A DNA stretch of 62,806 nt, counting the filler, from Rhabdomonas costata (taxonomy: Eukaryota): assembly GCA_019059605.1 (NCBI GenBank). It is 47 parts of 47 records of this genome, joined end to end, with 100 filler letters (N's around TTAATTAATTAA, not from the genome) between each part and the next. Parts side by side here need not be neighbours in the genome. Positions count along the whole stretch, not along the records: positions 49,528 to 50,765 come from JAHMHO010022400.1; positions 50,866 to 52,103 come from JAHMHO010022401.1; positions 52,204 to 53,441 come from JAHMHO010022402.1; positions 53,542 to 54,779 come from JAHMHO010022403.1; positions 54,880 to 56,117 come from JAHMHO010022404.1; positions 56,218 to 57,455 come from JAHMHO010022405.1; positions 57,556 to 58,793 come from JAHMHO010022406.1; positions 58,894 to 60,130 come from JAHMHO010022407.1; 39 more parts are not named here. The stretch is one strand, 5' to 3'. Made by a program: the position numbers and the translations under genes. This document shows, piece by piece, positions 49,910-61,700 of the stretch. How positions within the stretch are numbered: position 1 is the first letter of the stretch; each line of letters opens with the position of its first letter. The notes beneath the pieces are model-generated. The model saw only the letters and a program-made list of their open reading frames with translations. It searched no databases and was not told the origin of the DNA.

Positions 49910-50609
49910 GGGATTCCAAATCCTGGACGTGGACGCCGACGAGGCCCTTCTGCCTGGAGGGTCGGTCTTCGGGGACAACCGAATCACTCTAACCATCTCT
50001 GTCACGAAGGGCCGCTTCCTCACTCCAATGCCTGCAGGCACAGTGATGGAGGTGGGCCGTGTGTGTGTGTGGGGGTGGATTTTTCCACCTCTCTTCTTCC
50101 TGATGCCTGAACGCTTTCATTTTTTCTCAATTGTACACCTGCGATTCGGCGGTTTGTTCTTTAAGGCATAAAGCGATGGGTGTGAGTTGCTTCTGGTTGG
50201 GCTGGCAAGGATGGTGGGACGGTCGGACAGCGGCATACCTTTTCGTGGTAGCATGCTGCAAGCACCCTGGCTGTATTAAGCGTACGCCACATTCGCAGCC
50301 GATTCCACGCAGGGCACCAAGGCAGCTTCGCACAGCCCTCCACAGACCAGTTGTTTCTGCTTTTCTTTTCTGCGTGTGTGGTTTTTCTTTCGCAGCCCGG
50401 TGGCCGCACGGTGCACTACTACAACACCCAGGCCGTGATCAATGCCGCGCTGGTCAGCCTGCAGTATGTCCCAGACACCTACACCAACGACCGCACCTAC
50501 CCCGGGGTGGAGAACATGACCATTCTGGCCAACGACCTGGGCCACACCGGCTACGTTGTCGCTGGGCTGGGCACCAACACTACGCTGGTGGTACCACTCC
50601 ACGTCATCC
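49910..50609 (+). CDS. Cadherin-like/bacterial-adhesin-type beta-sandwich repeat (exons 49910-50051, 50396-50609)
   Basis: FQILDVDADE...ITLTISVTKGRF...|...NTQAVINAALVSLQYVPD....ENMTILANDLGHTG matches the I.D.D...L.V..G...IN.AL..L.Y.P...(D/E).LTI..ND.G.TG repeat of giant adhesins. Confidence 0.75.
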
Positions 50610-53541
50610 GTATGATGCGTGCGGCTTTTTTTGTGTGCGTGCTCGTGCGGCAAAAAGCCCCCCCACACCGTGCGACGCTCCCATCACGGTGACCATTCAG
50701 TGCAAAATTACACAAAAACAAGCCACTCCGAAATCGAAAAGGATCAAACCATTCTCATTCCCTAANNNNNNNNNNNNNNNNNNNNNNNNNNNNNNNNNNN
50801 NNNNNNNNNTTAATTAATTAANNNNNNNNNNNNNNNNNNNNNNNNNNNNNNNNNNNNNNNNNNNNGTTGGGGGGGGGCTTCTTACTTTCGGCCCCGTGCT
50901 GTGGTTTTAGATGTAGCGTATCGCCCTCAGTGGACATTTGAAGTACTTTAGGGGACAAGTCAGTGATGTATGCGTTGCTTGGGTTTTTCTCTATATAGTG
51001 GATCTTAGTTTATAAGTCGTGAAAGGGTGTGGTTCCTGCAATTAAGTAACAGCTCTCCTCCTTCTTCACGGTAGCCGCTTTTTTTAATACTCCATGAAAG
51101 CTTGAAGTCTTCACATAGACACGCTTGCCTCTCCTGCCCCCTCGCATGCCCCATCACTGAGGGGATGGGAGAGGGGAACTGCTGAATCTTACCTGCTTTT
51201 CGCCATTTTTCACTCACACCTCTTTGGCATCGGCTTGAACTTGTTTCCAAGCCCAGGCTCTCTGTCCTCCGAGAGCTCTCTCCCCTTTGGGTGTTCCTTT
51301 GGTGGCCGTTGCCACTCCAGAGGTTTCGGGTTTCTCGGATGGAACGCTGTGTTATGTCTATATCTGTGTGGTCTGTACAGCTAAGCCGCCGTCGCTCAGG
51401 TTTGTGTATTTTAGCCGGTACTGCGCACCAGCAGTCGTTCTTCCCCACTTGCCCTCCCGCCCGTGCCCACCTCTGGTCTTTTTCTTCCTGTTTGAATGTG
51501 ATATGCTTAGTAAGCACCTGTGGAGACTTTCACTCGCACCGCCTGATCCATCTCACAGCTCGTTCTTTCAACTCCCATTTCGGGTTTGGAAGTGTGTTAT
51601 AAAGTGTGTTATAAAGGAAAGTCCATCGCAGTCAGCAAAGCCCAGGATAAACCTGAAATTGAATGGGCCGATAGCACTGTACCACAACTCTTGCTCTCCC
51701 TCTCATCCGTTTTTTGGTTCCGGAAATGAACCAGTTGAAGCCAATTTTCTCACCGCCGTTGGTGGGCGGGCCATTGCCCTACCCGAACGCGGGTTCGGTT
51801 AGAGAGTGTTAGCCGCGGTTGAACCGTTTACTTTGCGGTGTGCTCTCAGAGAAGCCTCACAGAAAATCGTCGACCTCGTGCCCAATAAGCGGTTTTTCAC
51901 AAGGGCGGACCGCCTAAGGCGAGCGGTGCCCCCCGGCCCACGTTAGAAAACGCAACGCTTGCATGCCGCGAAGCCCCTCTGGGCAATAGGCACCGCCAAA
52001 TGCCTCAAAATCAATGAAAGTGTTCCGGAACAAGGGCCGACCGAGCTGCACTAAGACGATCCTGATCCTGCACCACATAACCTCTGTCAAGTGCCCACAA
52101 ACCNNNNNNNNNNNNNNNNNNNNNNNNNNNNNNNNNNNNNNNNNNNNTTAATTAATTAANNNNNNNNNNNNNNNNNNNNNNNNNNNNNNNNNNNNNNNNN
52201 NNNAAAATCGGCGTTTCCAGTGTGTGAAGAATTCGATGAGGAATGCAGTACCTGGCGAAAGCAGGGCATGGGGCGGGACCTCCACCATGAACTGTGGACT
52301 GGCGCCCGTACTTAGGCGAGCGGACAGCGGGGGTCGAGGGCTCGCCCCATCCTTTTTGAAAAAGCGCATGCACATGCTCAGAAGGACTGCATGAAAGTGG
52401 CAGCTACGTGCATTGATCCCCTTCACATTCACACGATTATTTTCCCAATGCCCCTGCAGCGGTGCCGTGCAGAGCAGATTTCGGCTTTGGAGACAAAGGA
52501 AGCAAATCAAAATAAGCCGAGTGTCGCATCACCTTGTTGCTCTCTCGAACGGCACCCTGCAGAAATCGCTTCAGCTGCTCCATCTCTGACGAAAGCTCGT
52601 GGAGACGCCTCCACGCTGCCTCAAGCTGCCCCTCTGAGACGGTTCCTGTCCCCACCAACCCTCCCGTCACCACCATAGAGATGCATTTACAAAAACGTAA
52701 CGTACCCAGGAAAGAACCACATCACACGACGAGAACAACATCAAGGGAAAAAGGAAAGTACCGCGAATCAACGAGGGAGGGGTGAATTCCAGGAATCTCT
52801 TTAGCGGAGAATCATAAAAGCTTGAGGCATGTAGAGCTGCGTAAGAAGGGGTGGCAATGGAAAGGAGATGGGAACCATGGCCGCTGGAGGGGTTTCCCTT
52901 GGCCGGGGGGGCCACAATGACGTGGCCCCCCTTCTCCCCAAGGCGCTCGCGAATCGCGTGCTCGACGCGCAGCAGCTCTCGCCGGGCCGCCCGAAGGGGC
53001 TCATCCTCCTCAATCTCTGAGAGGTTCCCGTCCACGAGCAGCTGCAGCAGCCGCCTGTCACCACACAAGGACTCAGGACTCAGGACGCGACCACCACACA
53101 TACACTCAGACTACACGTTGTGCGCACACGTTGCCCGAATCTCAGCATAATGCCAGACAGGTCTTCGCTCCTCCTGTCATATGCATACACACAGTTCTTG
53201 CAGCGGGAAAGCCAGCGGAACCAGTGAAGGCAAAAGGAAAGGAGAGGTCAGCAGGGGGGAGCTTGCCTTTCGTGGCGCCTGACCTCCTTCCTTGCGCGAT
53301 GCAGAGCAAACTTCTCCTGCGTGGAAAGCTTCCTCTGCAGCGGCAGGGGCATGCACCGCACGGGGCTCACCGGAGTCAGGGGCCGCACCGCACACGGGGT
53401 GCTGCCCTACGCAGAGACAGTCCCCTTCACCCTTGCCCAACNNNNNNNNNNNNNNNNNNNNNNNNNNNNNNNNNNNNNNNNNNNNTTAATTAATTAANNN
53501 NNNNNNNNNNNNNNNNNNNNNNNNNNNNNNNNNNNNNNNNN

Positions 53542-53649
53542 TACCCTTGAAAAAATCAAAAGCATCCAGGAAACCAATAGACTTCCGAATTAGACCACCA
53601 CGTTTGCAATCTCTTAATTTCCTGGATGCTTTTGATTTTTTCAAGGGTA
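53542..53649. mobile_element. MITE-like element: 32-bp perfect inverted repeats including terminal TA (possible TA target duplication)
   Basis: TA-CCCTTGAAAAAATCAAAAGCATCCAGGAAA ... TTTCCTGGATGCTTTTGATTTTTTCAAGGG-TA; a partial third copy ACCCTTGAAAAATCA at 53725-53739. Confidence 0.55.
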
Positions 53650-53963
53650 CCACCACAAGGCTTGGTATGGCAAGCTTCTACTTCAAGTCAAGAGTGACCG
53701 GTCCATGCGCCATGGAAACAGACAACCCTTGAAAAATCATGCCGCCTTCTCCGTGCGGGCGCACTTGCACCCATGAAATACAGCTCAAAAAGCGTCAATG
53801 GTAATGCCTCCAAGTAGACTACCACTATCATACACCGTAAAAATAAGCCAGGCTCCTCATGAGCACATCAATAAAGCTTCCTATGCTCAGGTTCCGAGTG
53901 CCCTGGACATTCATGCAGAATCAATCGCAAATTCTGAAACCGAAAGAAACATATCGGCAAAGA

Positions 53964-54779
53964 TCATTCATATATTGCCACGGAAAACTCTTCTAGCATT
54001 GGGGCGAAGCACTCCTCCAGTTCAGCATGCACCTCCTCTGAAAAACTACCCCTGAGCAGCCCGAGCTCTAGCCCACGCAGCCAGGGGCTCTGCTTCAGCC
54101 TCTTCAACTCGTGCAAGCAGTGATCTCCAACCCCACAGGAAGAACCACCCAGCCTAAGCTGAAGCTCACGCAGAGCAGGTCGCCCGCACAGGGAGGTGAT
54201 CATCGCACAAAACTCCCCTTCGAAGAAAGGGAACTCCCGGAAGTCGAGCTCCAGCCTGTGGTCCGTCTCATGCATCTCGGTCAATACAACCAGACCTGGA
54301 AAATGGACGTGCTCAACACTCACCCGAATAAGCTTTCCCAAGCACCCTCGGCCGTATTCCTGGTAATCGTAGGCATAGGGTACAACGAGAAGAAGGTAAG
54401 TCAACTGGGGAAGACTTCGAAGCTGCTGGAGGTCGGGCCCACCCACATTGAAGTCGTAGTCAGTGAGCCGCAACTCGATCGTTGCCTGAATCACCCGCAG
54501 CGCAGCCACTAGCTCTGCGGTCTGGTTCTCTGCAATAGAAACGTCAAGCTGAACACTTGTCAGAGGATGGATTTCAGACAACTGGCGAATCTCCTCGAAA
54601 GAGTCCAACCCAAGAATTAGGCGCACGCACCTCGGAAACGTCACTTGGCTCCATGCCCCAACCAAACACTTTATCTTTGGGGCGTACAAAAATTCCAGTG
54701 CAAAGTCCTGAAGGCGCTCTGCCTCACAACCACACAGCAAAAGCGAAACCAGCTCCCCTTCCTCATATACCACCAAACC
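53964..54779 (-). CDS. Leucine-rich-repeat-like protein, C-terminal part, intronless
   Basis: 270-codon open frame with LxxLxL units (LRSLPQLTYLLL, LRELQLRL, LRGLELGL). Confidence 0.6.
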   Translation of the reverse strand, partial: GLVVYEEGELVSLLLCGCEAERLQDFALEFLYAPKIKCLVGAWSQVTFPRCVRLILGLDSFEEIRQLSEIHPLTSVQLDVSIAENQTAELVAALRVIQATIELRLTDYDFNVGGPDLQQLRSLPQLTYLLLVVPYAYDYQEYGRGCLGKLIRVSVEHVHFPGLVVLTEMHETDHRLELDFREFPFFEGEFCAMITSLCGRPALRELQLRLGGSSCGVGDHCLHELKRLKQSPWLRGLELGLLRGSFSEEVHAELEECFAPMLEEFSVAIYE

Positions 54780-54879
54780 NNNNNNNNNNNNNNNNNNNNN
54801 NNNNNNNNNNNNNNNNNNNNNNNTTAATTAATTAANNNNNNNNNNNNNNNNNNNNNNNNNNNNNNNNNNNNNNNNNNNN

Positions 54880-55192
54880 GTTTGTGGTGAGTCTTGCGTT
54901 CCGCGTTTGCTCAGTACATCATGTCGACCACGAGGTTCTACACACTTGCCGACGTGCTGTTCCGAGACATTAAAGTCTGGGGCTTCATCGGGTTGTTTGC
55001 AATTGGCTACGTCTCCGTGGTCGACTTTGGGTTCATGTTCGTCAAGCGTACCTGGTTCCCGTCGTACCACGACTTGGTGCGGGGAGCGCTTGCCGCGGCG
55101 AAGCCCCGTCGGTCCCGACCCCTTCCTGCCGTAGTGGCCATGTGGGTTGGGGGGCTGGTCGCACTTCTAGTGGCCTATGTGGTGCTCTTCTC
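54880..55192 (+). CDS. Multi-pass membrane protein exon, uncharacterised
   Basis: Open from the contig start with two hydrophobic helices (VWGFIGLFAIGYVSVVDFGFMFV; VVAMWVGGLVALLVAYVVLFS); ends at a GT. Confidence 0.5.
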
Positions 55193-56298
55193 GGTCGGCT
55201 GAGTTCTTTCCTGTGCCTCGCACCCCGCACCTCGCACCTCGATGTGCACTTTTTCTCCCATCGGGCTGATTTTTTGTCTCCAGACATGTTTGTCGGGGAT
55301 CTGCGGGTAATGGAAGGTGTATGTAGTGATGAGGGTTTGTGTTTCTACGTTGGTGGAGGGTGCGTTTGACGTTTTTGGATGGGTGGTCGGACGTGCGAGG
55401 GGTTAGAGAGAACACATACGAGTAGCGATCGTCTTCTGATTGTGAGAGAGAGGGAATCATTCCATCTCTTTTACGTGTGCTCGGCGAAGGCACAACCTCT
55501 ACTTTGAGAAGAATCAGGCCCATGACAGGAGGTGTTGTTTCATTCCCGTGTTCTAGGGTACAGGATAAACTGCAACGTAATGTGCGGGAGATCGCAGCCC
55601 AATTTATTCGCGAAATTCTGCCATCCACATGATACCCCCCAGAACGCAAAAAGGGTTAGTTTAGCGCTTGGCTGGATTAGCTTTGAGGGTGCTGTGTGGA
55701 CTGTGTTGGCGGGAGTCGATCCAGTGCTCTTGCTTTCCCCAATGATCGTGATTCTCTATCTGGTCAACTTCTCAATAATGGCTTTCTTGTTTATGATGGT
55801 GGACAAATTTCCTATGCCTTGACCGAGCGCCTCCCGTGGAAAGATTTTTCCATGCCGTCTTCCAGTACTGGCAGGAATGCTGAGAGAGCTCTTTTGCTTT
55901 GCACGGGTGGGCGCCGCCCCTTTACATGATGGCTCTTTTATTTTGTACACCGAGTTGTACAAAGTAATGCGGCGGTTAGAATGCGCCCCTGGTTTTCTGG
56001 GGAAGAGATCACATTCTCCAATGTGAGACCTTTCCATGGGTAACAAGTGCTCTCTTTTGTAAGATAAACGGAGCTCTGGTCGTCCCAGTCGCCCCACCCC
56101 GCGTTGCCCCCCACAAANNNNNNNNNNNNNNNNNNNNNNNNNNNNNNNNNNNNNNNNNNNNTTAATTAATTAANNNNNNNNNNNNNNNNNNNNNNNNNNN
56201 NNNNNNNNNNNNNNNNNTCCTGTGTGTTGTGTTAGAGTTGGTATGTGCTGGAGTAGGCTTGTGGTGTTGGTGCTGTGGGTTCCTTACGCGTGCGTGTG

Positions 56299-56340
56299 TT
56301 CTTCTTCTTCTTCTTCTTCTTCTTCTTCTTCTTCTTCTTC
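56299..56340. repeat. (TTC)n microsatellite
   Basis: About 14 units. Confidence 0.95.
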
Positions 56341-57004
56341 TGTGTCTGTTTCTGTGTCTGTACCTGTGTCTGTAGCAGTAGGTAGGTAGGTGTTAGCTGT
56401 AGCGTAAGGGTAAGGTGTTGTTGGTGTCACTGTTGGTGTTGGTAGCGTGGTTGTTGTTGGTAGGTCATGGTGTTGGTGGCTGTAAGTGTGGAAGGGTTCA
56501 TGGTGTCATGGTGTCAGTGGTTGGTGTTGGCTGGTTGTGTGTCAGTGGGTTCATGGTGTGGGGCGTTGTTGGTGTCGTTGATAGTGGCTGGGTCTGTTGG
56601 TTCATGGTGTGTGTGCTGTTCTTGCTGTAGGCTTCTGTAACCATGCTCTCTTTTTAAATTGCTCTCTCTTTACCATGCTCTCTGTTTCTGTCTCTGTTCG
56701 TAGTGTGGGTTTCTGTCTCTGTTAGTGGTTGTATGGTGTGTTATTGTTCCCGTATGTTGGGGTGTGGTGTCAAGGCGTCTTGGGGTTCGTGGTGTTGTTG
56801 TGGTTGTCGATGCTGGTGGTGTTCGTGTGTGATGCTGTGTGTGTTGATGCAGGAGGGGTGTCTGTGACTGGGGCCTGGTAATGTTCGCGTCTCTTCTTCG
56901 AGCGTAGTTTTGTGTAGCTTGTGTGTTTGTTTTCGCAAGCGCATTTGTAGTGGTAGTGTGTTGGTGCCTGGGGTGTCATGTTGGGGCCAGCGGTGTGGAT
57001 GTCA

Positions 57005-57446
57005 GGGTTCGTGTTGGTGTTTCGGTGGCGCTTTCTGTGTCATGCTGGATGTTACGCGCCCTGAGGGTAGGATGTGTGGGGTTGTGTGGGTCGCAGTGTT
57101 GGTTATGTTGGATCGTGCTGGTGACGTGCTAGTGTGTTGATGCGCTCTGTTGGTACGCTTTGTTAGCCCTTCGTGTGTCAAAGAATGTTGGGATGTGGGT
57201 AGTGAAGGGTAAGTTCTTTTGGCAAACAAAGCCCACCAGGGGGCCACGAGGAGAACACGAGGAGAACACCACACAAGCAAGCAAGACGAAGCAAAAAAAA
57301 GGCACGCGAAGAGAGAGCACCAGCTGTTACAAAGGGGGCGCCCGGCCGAAAACAATGCGACCCACACAACCCCACACATCCTACCCTCAGGGCGCGTAAC
57401 ATCCAGCATGACACAGAAAGCGCCACCGAAACACCAACACGAACCC
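57005..57446. repeat. 91-bp perfect inverted duplication (57005-57095 / 57356-57446); probable amplification inversion chimera
   Basis: Exact reverse-complement arms reaching the contig end; near-match microhomology just inside the arms. Confidence 0.9.
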
Positions 57447-57555
57447 CAACACCCCNNNNNNNNNNNNNNNNNNNNNNNNNNNNNNNNNNNNNNNNNNNNT
57501 TAATTAATTAANNNNNNNNNNNNNNNNNNNNNNNNNNNNNNNNNNNNNNNNNNNN

Positions 57556-58772
57556 GTGGTTGTGGTGGTGGGGAAAAACGAGGAATTCGCAAGAGCTTGT
57601 AAACCCGCATCCTTGATCAAATTGAAACCCGCATTCAGCGATGCGAGGTCGGAGAAGAAGGTCGAGCTCGCCAGACTTTGCATTCCCTGGTGCCCGATGT
57701 GGTTGTAGCCCACACCCAGCGATGTGAGGTTGGGAAAGTTTGGCGAACAGGCAAGCGCTTGCATTCCCGACGTCCCGATGCCGTTGTGGCCCACCTCGAG
57801 TGAGGCAAGGTTTGGGAAGAAAGGCGACCTCGCGAGCGCATCCATTCCCTCGGCCCCGATTTCGTTGAAACCCACTTCCAAAGAAGTGAGTTTGGGAAAG
57901 AAAGATGAAGCTGCAAACGCTTGCATTCCTTGCTGCTTAATCCCATTGTGTCCCAGGTCCAACGCCGTGAGATCTGAAAAGAATGACGAAGCAGCAAATG
58001 CACCTATTCCCTCGCACTCAATCGCGTTGTAGCTCGCATCTAACATTGTAATGTTGCGCAAGTACCCCGACGCAGCAAGTGCTGCCATTCCATCAGGCCC
58101 GATATTATTGCCGCTCACCTTCAACAGCCGAAGGTTGACGCAGACAAGCGAACCCGCAAGCGTCTGCATTCCTCCGTGCCGCCCGATTTCATTGTGACTC
58201 ACATCTAACGACGTAAGGTTGGGAAAGAAAGTCGAAGCACACAGCGCTTGCACTCCCGAAGGCCCGATCCAGTTTCCGCTGACCCTGAGACTCCTGAGGT
58301 TGACGCAGGAAGGCGAAGCGGCAAGCTCTTGCATTCCTTTGGGACTGAGTCGGTTATACGCCACATCTAACGACGTCAGGTTCGGAAAAAACGATGCAGT
58401 CGTAAGCGCCTGCGTTCCCAAATTGCCAACCTGGCAAGCGCTCACATCCAAGGACTTGAGATTGGGGAAATGCGCTGGCACGGGCTCTGCTTCGGCAACC
58501 TCTTCTGTGCCACCAATCCAGAGCAAAAGCTCCAGAAGTTTCTTTCCTATCACCTTGATCTCGGCAGCACAGCAGGTAAACCGCACAAACCTTCCCAACT
58601 TCACGGGGTCCTTGATCGTCTCTGGCAGGCGGAGTATCACCTTCCACTCCGGGGTCAAGAAGTCATCCACTAAGGATCGAAACTGCTGGCATACCAGCCG
58701 AAGGGCAAGTTGTGGCTGGAGCTCCAGAAACCGAAAGCTGTGCACCAGCACGTCCTCGGGAAGACAGGACAT
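57556..58772 (-). CDS. F-box + leucine-rich-repeat protein (about 11 repeats of ~27 aa), intronless, 3' truncated
   Basis: MSCLPEDVLVHSFRFL...LRLVCQQFRSLVD (F-box), then repeats FFPNLTSLDV.xN.IG..GMQALA.S. Confidence 0.92.
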
Positions 58773-61700
58773 ACCACCGCAAACGTCCTTCCTNNNNNNN
58801 NNNNNNNNNNNNNNNNNNNNNNNNNNNNNNNNNNNNNTTAATTAATTAANNNNNNNNNNNNNNNNNNNNNNNNNNNNNNNNNNNNNNNNNNNNTTGGGTG
58901 GGTGTTCTAAAGGTTTTGGGGGTGAATGCTAACGGCTGCCAGTGGTAAAAAAAAATTTACTGAAGGCAGCACTAAAGGCCACCCACGCCAAATTCCCATC
59001 TCAGCAGCCTCTAAACTAAACTAATGCTGTCTTTCTCCACGAACACACTAAAGCGCGCGTGGGATGGGGTGGATGCGCAGAGGGAGAGACTCATACGGGC
59101 GACAAGAACACACGATCTCATCCTGGCTCCGACAGAATGAGGTAAGGGCCCACAGGAAAGAGTTATTATTGGGCGTTTGTGAAAGGGCTGCAGCAAATGA
59201 AGAAGTCGAGTTCAAATTGAGTAGCGTGCCTGCGCGAGGCGATTTCGACCATCTCTCTGTTCATCCATCATTGAGTAAAAACTTCTTGTCAAGATCAGAC
59301 CTGCGGGTAAAGAGACTTGATTTAATGGATGCCATAGATACGTTTGATAATTTTAGGGTGGAGGGGGAGAAATGCAATCTTAGGGGGGTTATCCATGGGA
59401 TGATTGTCCTTTGACAACCGTAGCATAATGTTTGAAAACCACAGGCTGACGTCGCTCAGTATGACGTCCGATCGACAGCAGGGCGGGGAATGGTCCGGTC
59501 TACCACATCACACACAAACACTGATACCAGAGTGGCACGCCACTCCTCGTCGGTGCGGACAACCGAGGGCTTATCGGAACCCCGCAGAGGTTGGAGGTTT
59601 GGTTTCCGCTTGCCCTGCATCGTGGCGGTTGGTCTCAGAACGAAACCAAACAAAACTAACATCCGATGTAAACACAGACATGACAAAGAAGCGTGTCACC
59701 AAAGCAACCGGCCAATCGGAAGCTATTTTATTGTTTTGCACAGGCGGGAATCGGCAAGCGGTGGACTCCATAACAGCAAATATCCATCTGCGAAATTGGA
59801 GTGCCTTCTCCGCAAAAAGGTCAAAATCGTCCGAACTTCAGACTTGCGACTGCGTAACTATATCAGTGCCCGTGACCACGCAGCGATTTCGAAGTCTAAA
59901 AGTCGACGTCCCAGTTACATTCAAAATATCTGCTACCAAGGCCGCAACCTTTTTTTGTAGCGCCAGACGATGCAGAAAAAGACCACTCACAATTCACAAT
60001 GACAAGTAGAATAAAGCGAACCGGAAGGGCAACTAACAAAAATGAGAGTCAACGCTACACAATGAGAACTTACTCTCCGGAACGATTGTTTTTTATTTGA
60101 CTTTTTCACCGCTGTAAAAGGACCCATTCANNNNNNNNNNNNNNNNNNNNNNNNNNNNNNNNNNNNNNNNNNNNTTAATTAATTAANNNNNNNNNNNNNN
60201 NNNNNNNNNNNNNNNNNNNNNNNNNNNNNNGGGGGTGGTAGAATGGTGCACCCGTCGGGCGTGTAACAAGTCACACGAGAAGAGAAGAAGGAAGCAAACA
60301 GGTTGCCAACAGCACGTTTGGAGAGCCCAAAAACGTACGTGCTCGTCTCCCTGTCGCTTCTGCTCAGCGCTTAGCAGGGATCTCCCGGTGCAGATGTCAG
60401 CCATTCAAAGATGCGAACAAAAACCATCACAGCTAAGACAGCTGAAGGGCAACTACAAAATCCGCGAATGGAACGCCGCGGAAACAATGGCAAAGCGAAG
60501 CAAACAAAAGCTCGAAAAATAAAGAAAAAATTCACTAAACCTGAAGACGTCAGCACTGGGGGGTTTGAAATGACCCAATAGCTGCACTCAGTAACGGTGC
60601 TAAATGGTGGTTTTGCAGTTGTCCTTTAAAAGGAAATTACTTGAACTTCTCTTGCATGTTGCTACGAATCTCGTCTTGGTCACTGGCGTTCCGGGAGAGT
60701 CGGACAGATTAAAATCTGGTACCCGGCGGGACGCGGGGTCCCTGTCTACGGGTAATCTGTGCGTTTTAGTGACCATGAACTTCAAAGGGAACCAACGCGT
60801 ACCTCTCCAGGTTGTTTTACGGTTTGTTTTTTTTTGCGTTTTCCCCACATCTCTTGACCGATATATGGTTAAGAGGGTGGGGAGATTGCCTAAGCGTCCT
60901 GTGTCAGTTCGGTTTCCCGATCTTTTTTGTGATTCTCTATTGATAACCGGCACTCTTGGCACCCTATCCATAATTGTTCGAGGCATGTTTATGTCCCCTG
61001 CAACTCACATCAGTTAAGCAATGCAGTTTCTTGTGGCTGCTTGTAAACACAAGTTCCACAGGACACGTAGTCATCACATTACCTTACCTTTCCAAGGATA
61101 AACGTAATACGGTGCCCCCATCACAAGAAAAGTGCATCAGACTCCCAAAGAAGCGGTGCTAAACGGAGGAGCTCTACGACGTGATGACCAGATAACCCAT
61201 AATCTCCCTCCAGGCCTCACAAAAACCGGCAGTCTTCTGCTGAGGGCAGTAGTGCAGCTGTAACACTCAACATAGGACATCTGCAAGATGTGACTTTTTG
61301 AGGTGACGGGAACAAAGATATGCAACACCACAAAGAACACCGCACTGAAACCAGTCGTTCGGTGCTACACACAGTACTACAGGTTCTGACCCTTGACCTC
61401 AATTCTTCGGCAGACCTGTGCCTATTTGGGGCGCTGGCTCTAATCTCTGATTTCTGCCACCAACAACCNNNNNNNNNNNNNNNNNNNNNNNNNNNNNNNN
61501 NNNNNNNNNNNNTTAATTAATTAANNNNNNNNNNNNNNNNNNNNNNNNNNNNNNNNNNNNNNNNNNNNGTTTTTGGGTCGTAACTTTGTTATTGTTGTTG
61601 TTGTTGTTGTTGTGGTGGTGGTGTTCAGGCATTCCGAAGGGTCAGCCGGGTTACCTATAGAGGATGTTCTGAGGTGAGGCGCTTAGCGCGAATCTCTGAG

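Noticed and set aside
58894-61468. Several 100-200-codon ORFs on both strands in these two contigs (similar cases at 41500-44075)
   Set aside because: No recognisable motifs, no host-like GC3 bias and no consistent splice structure; cannot be supported as genes.
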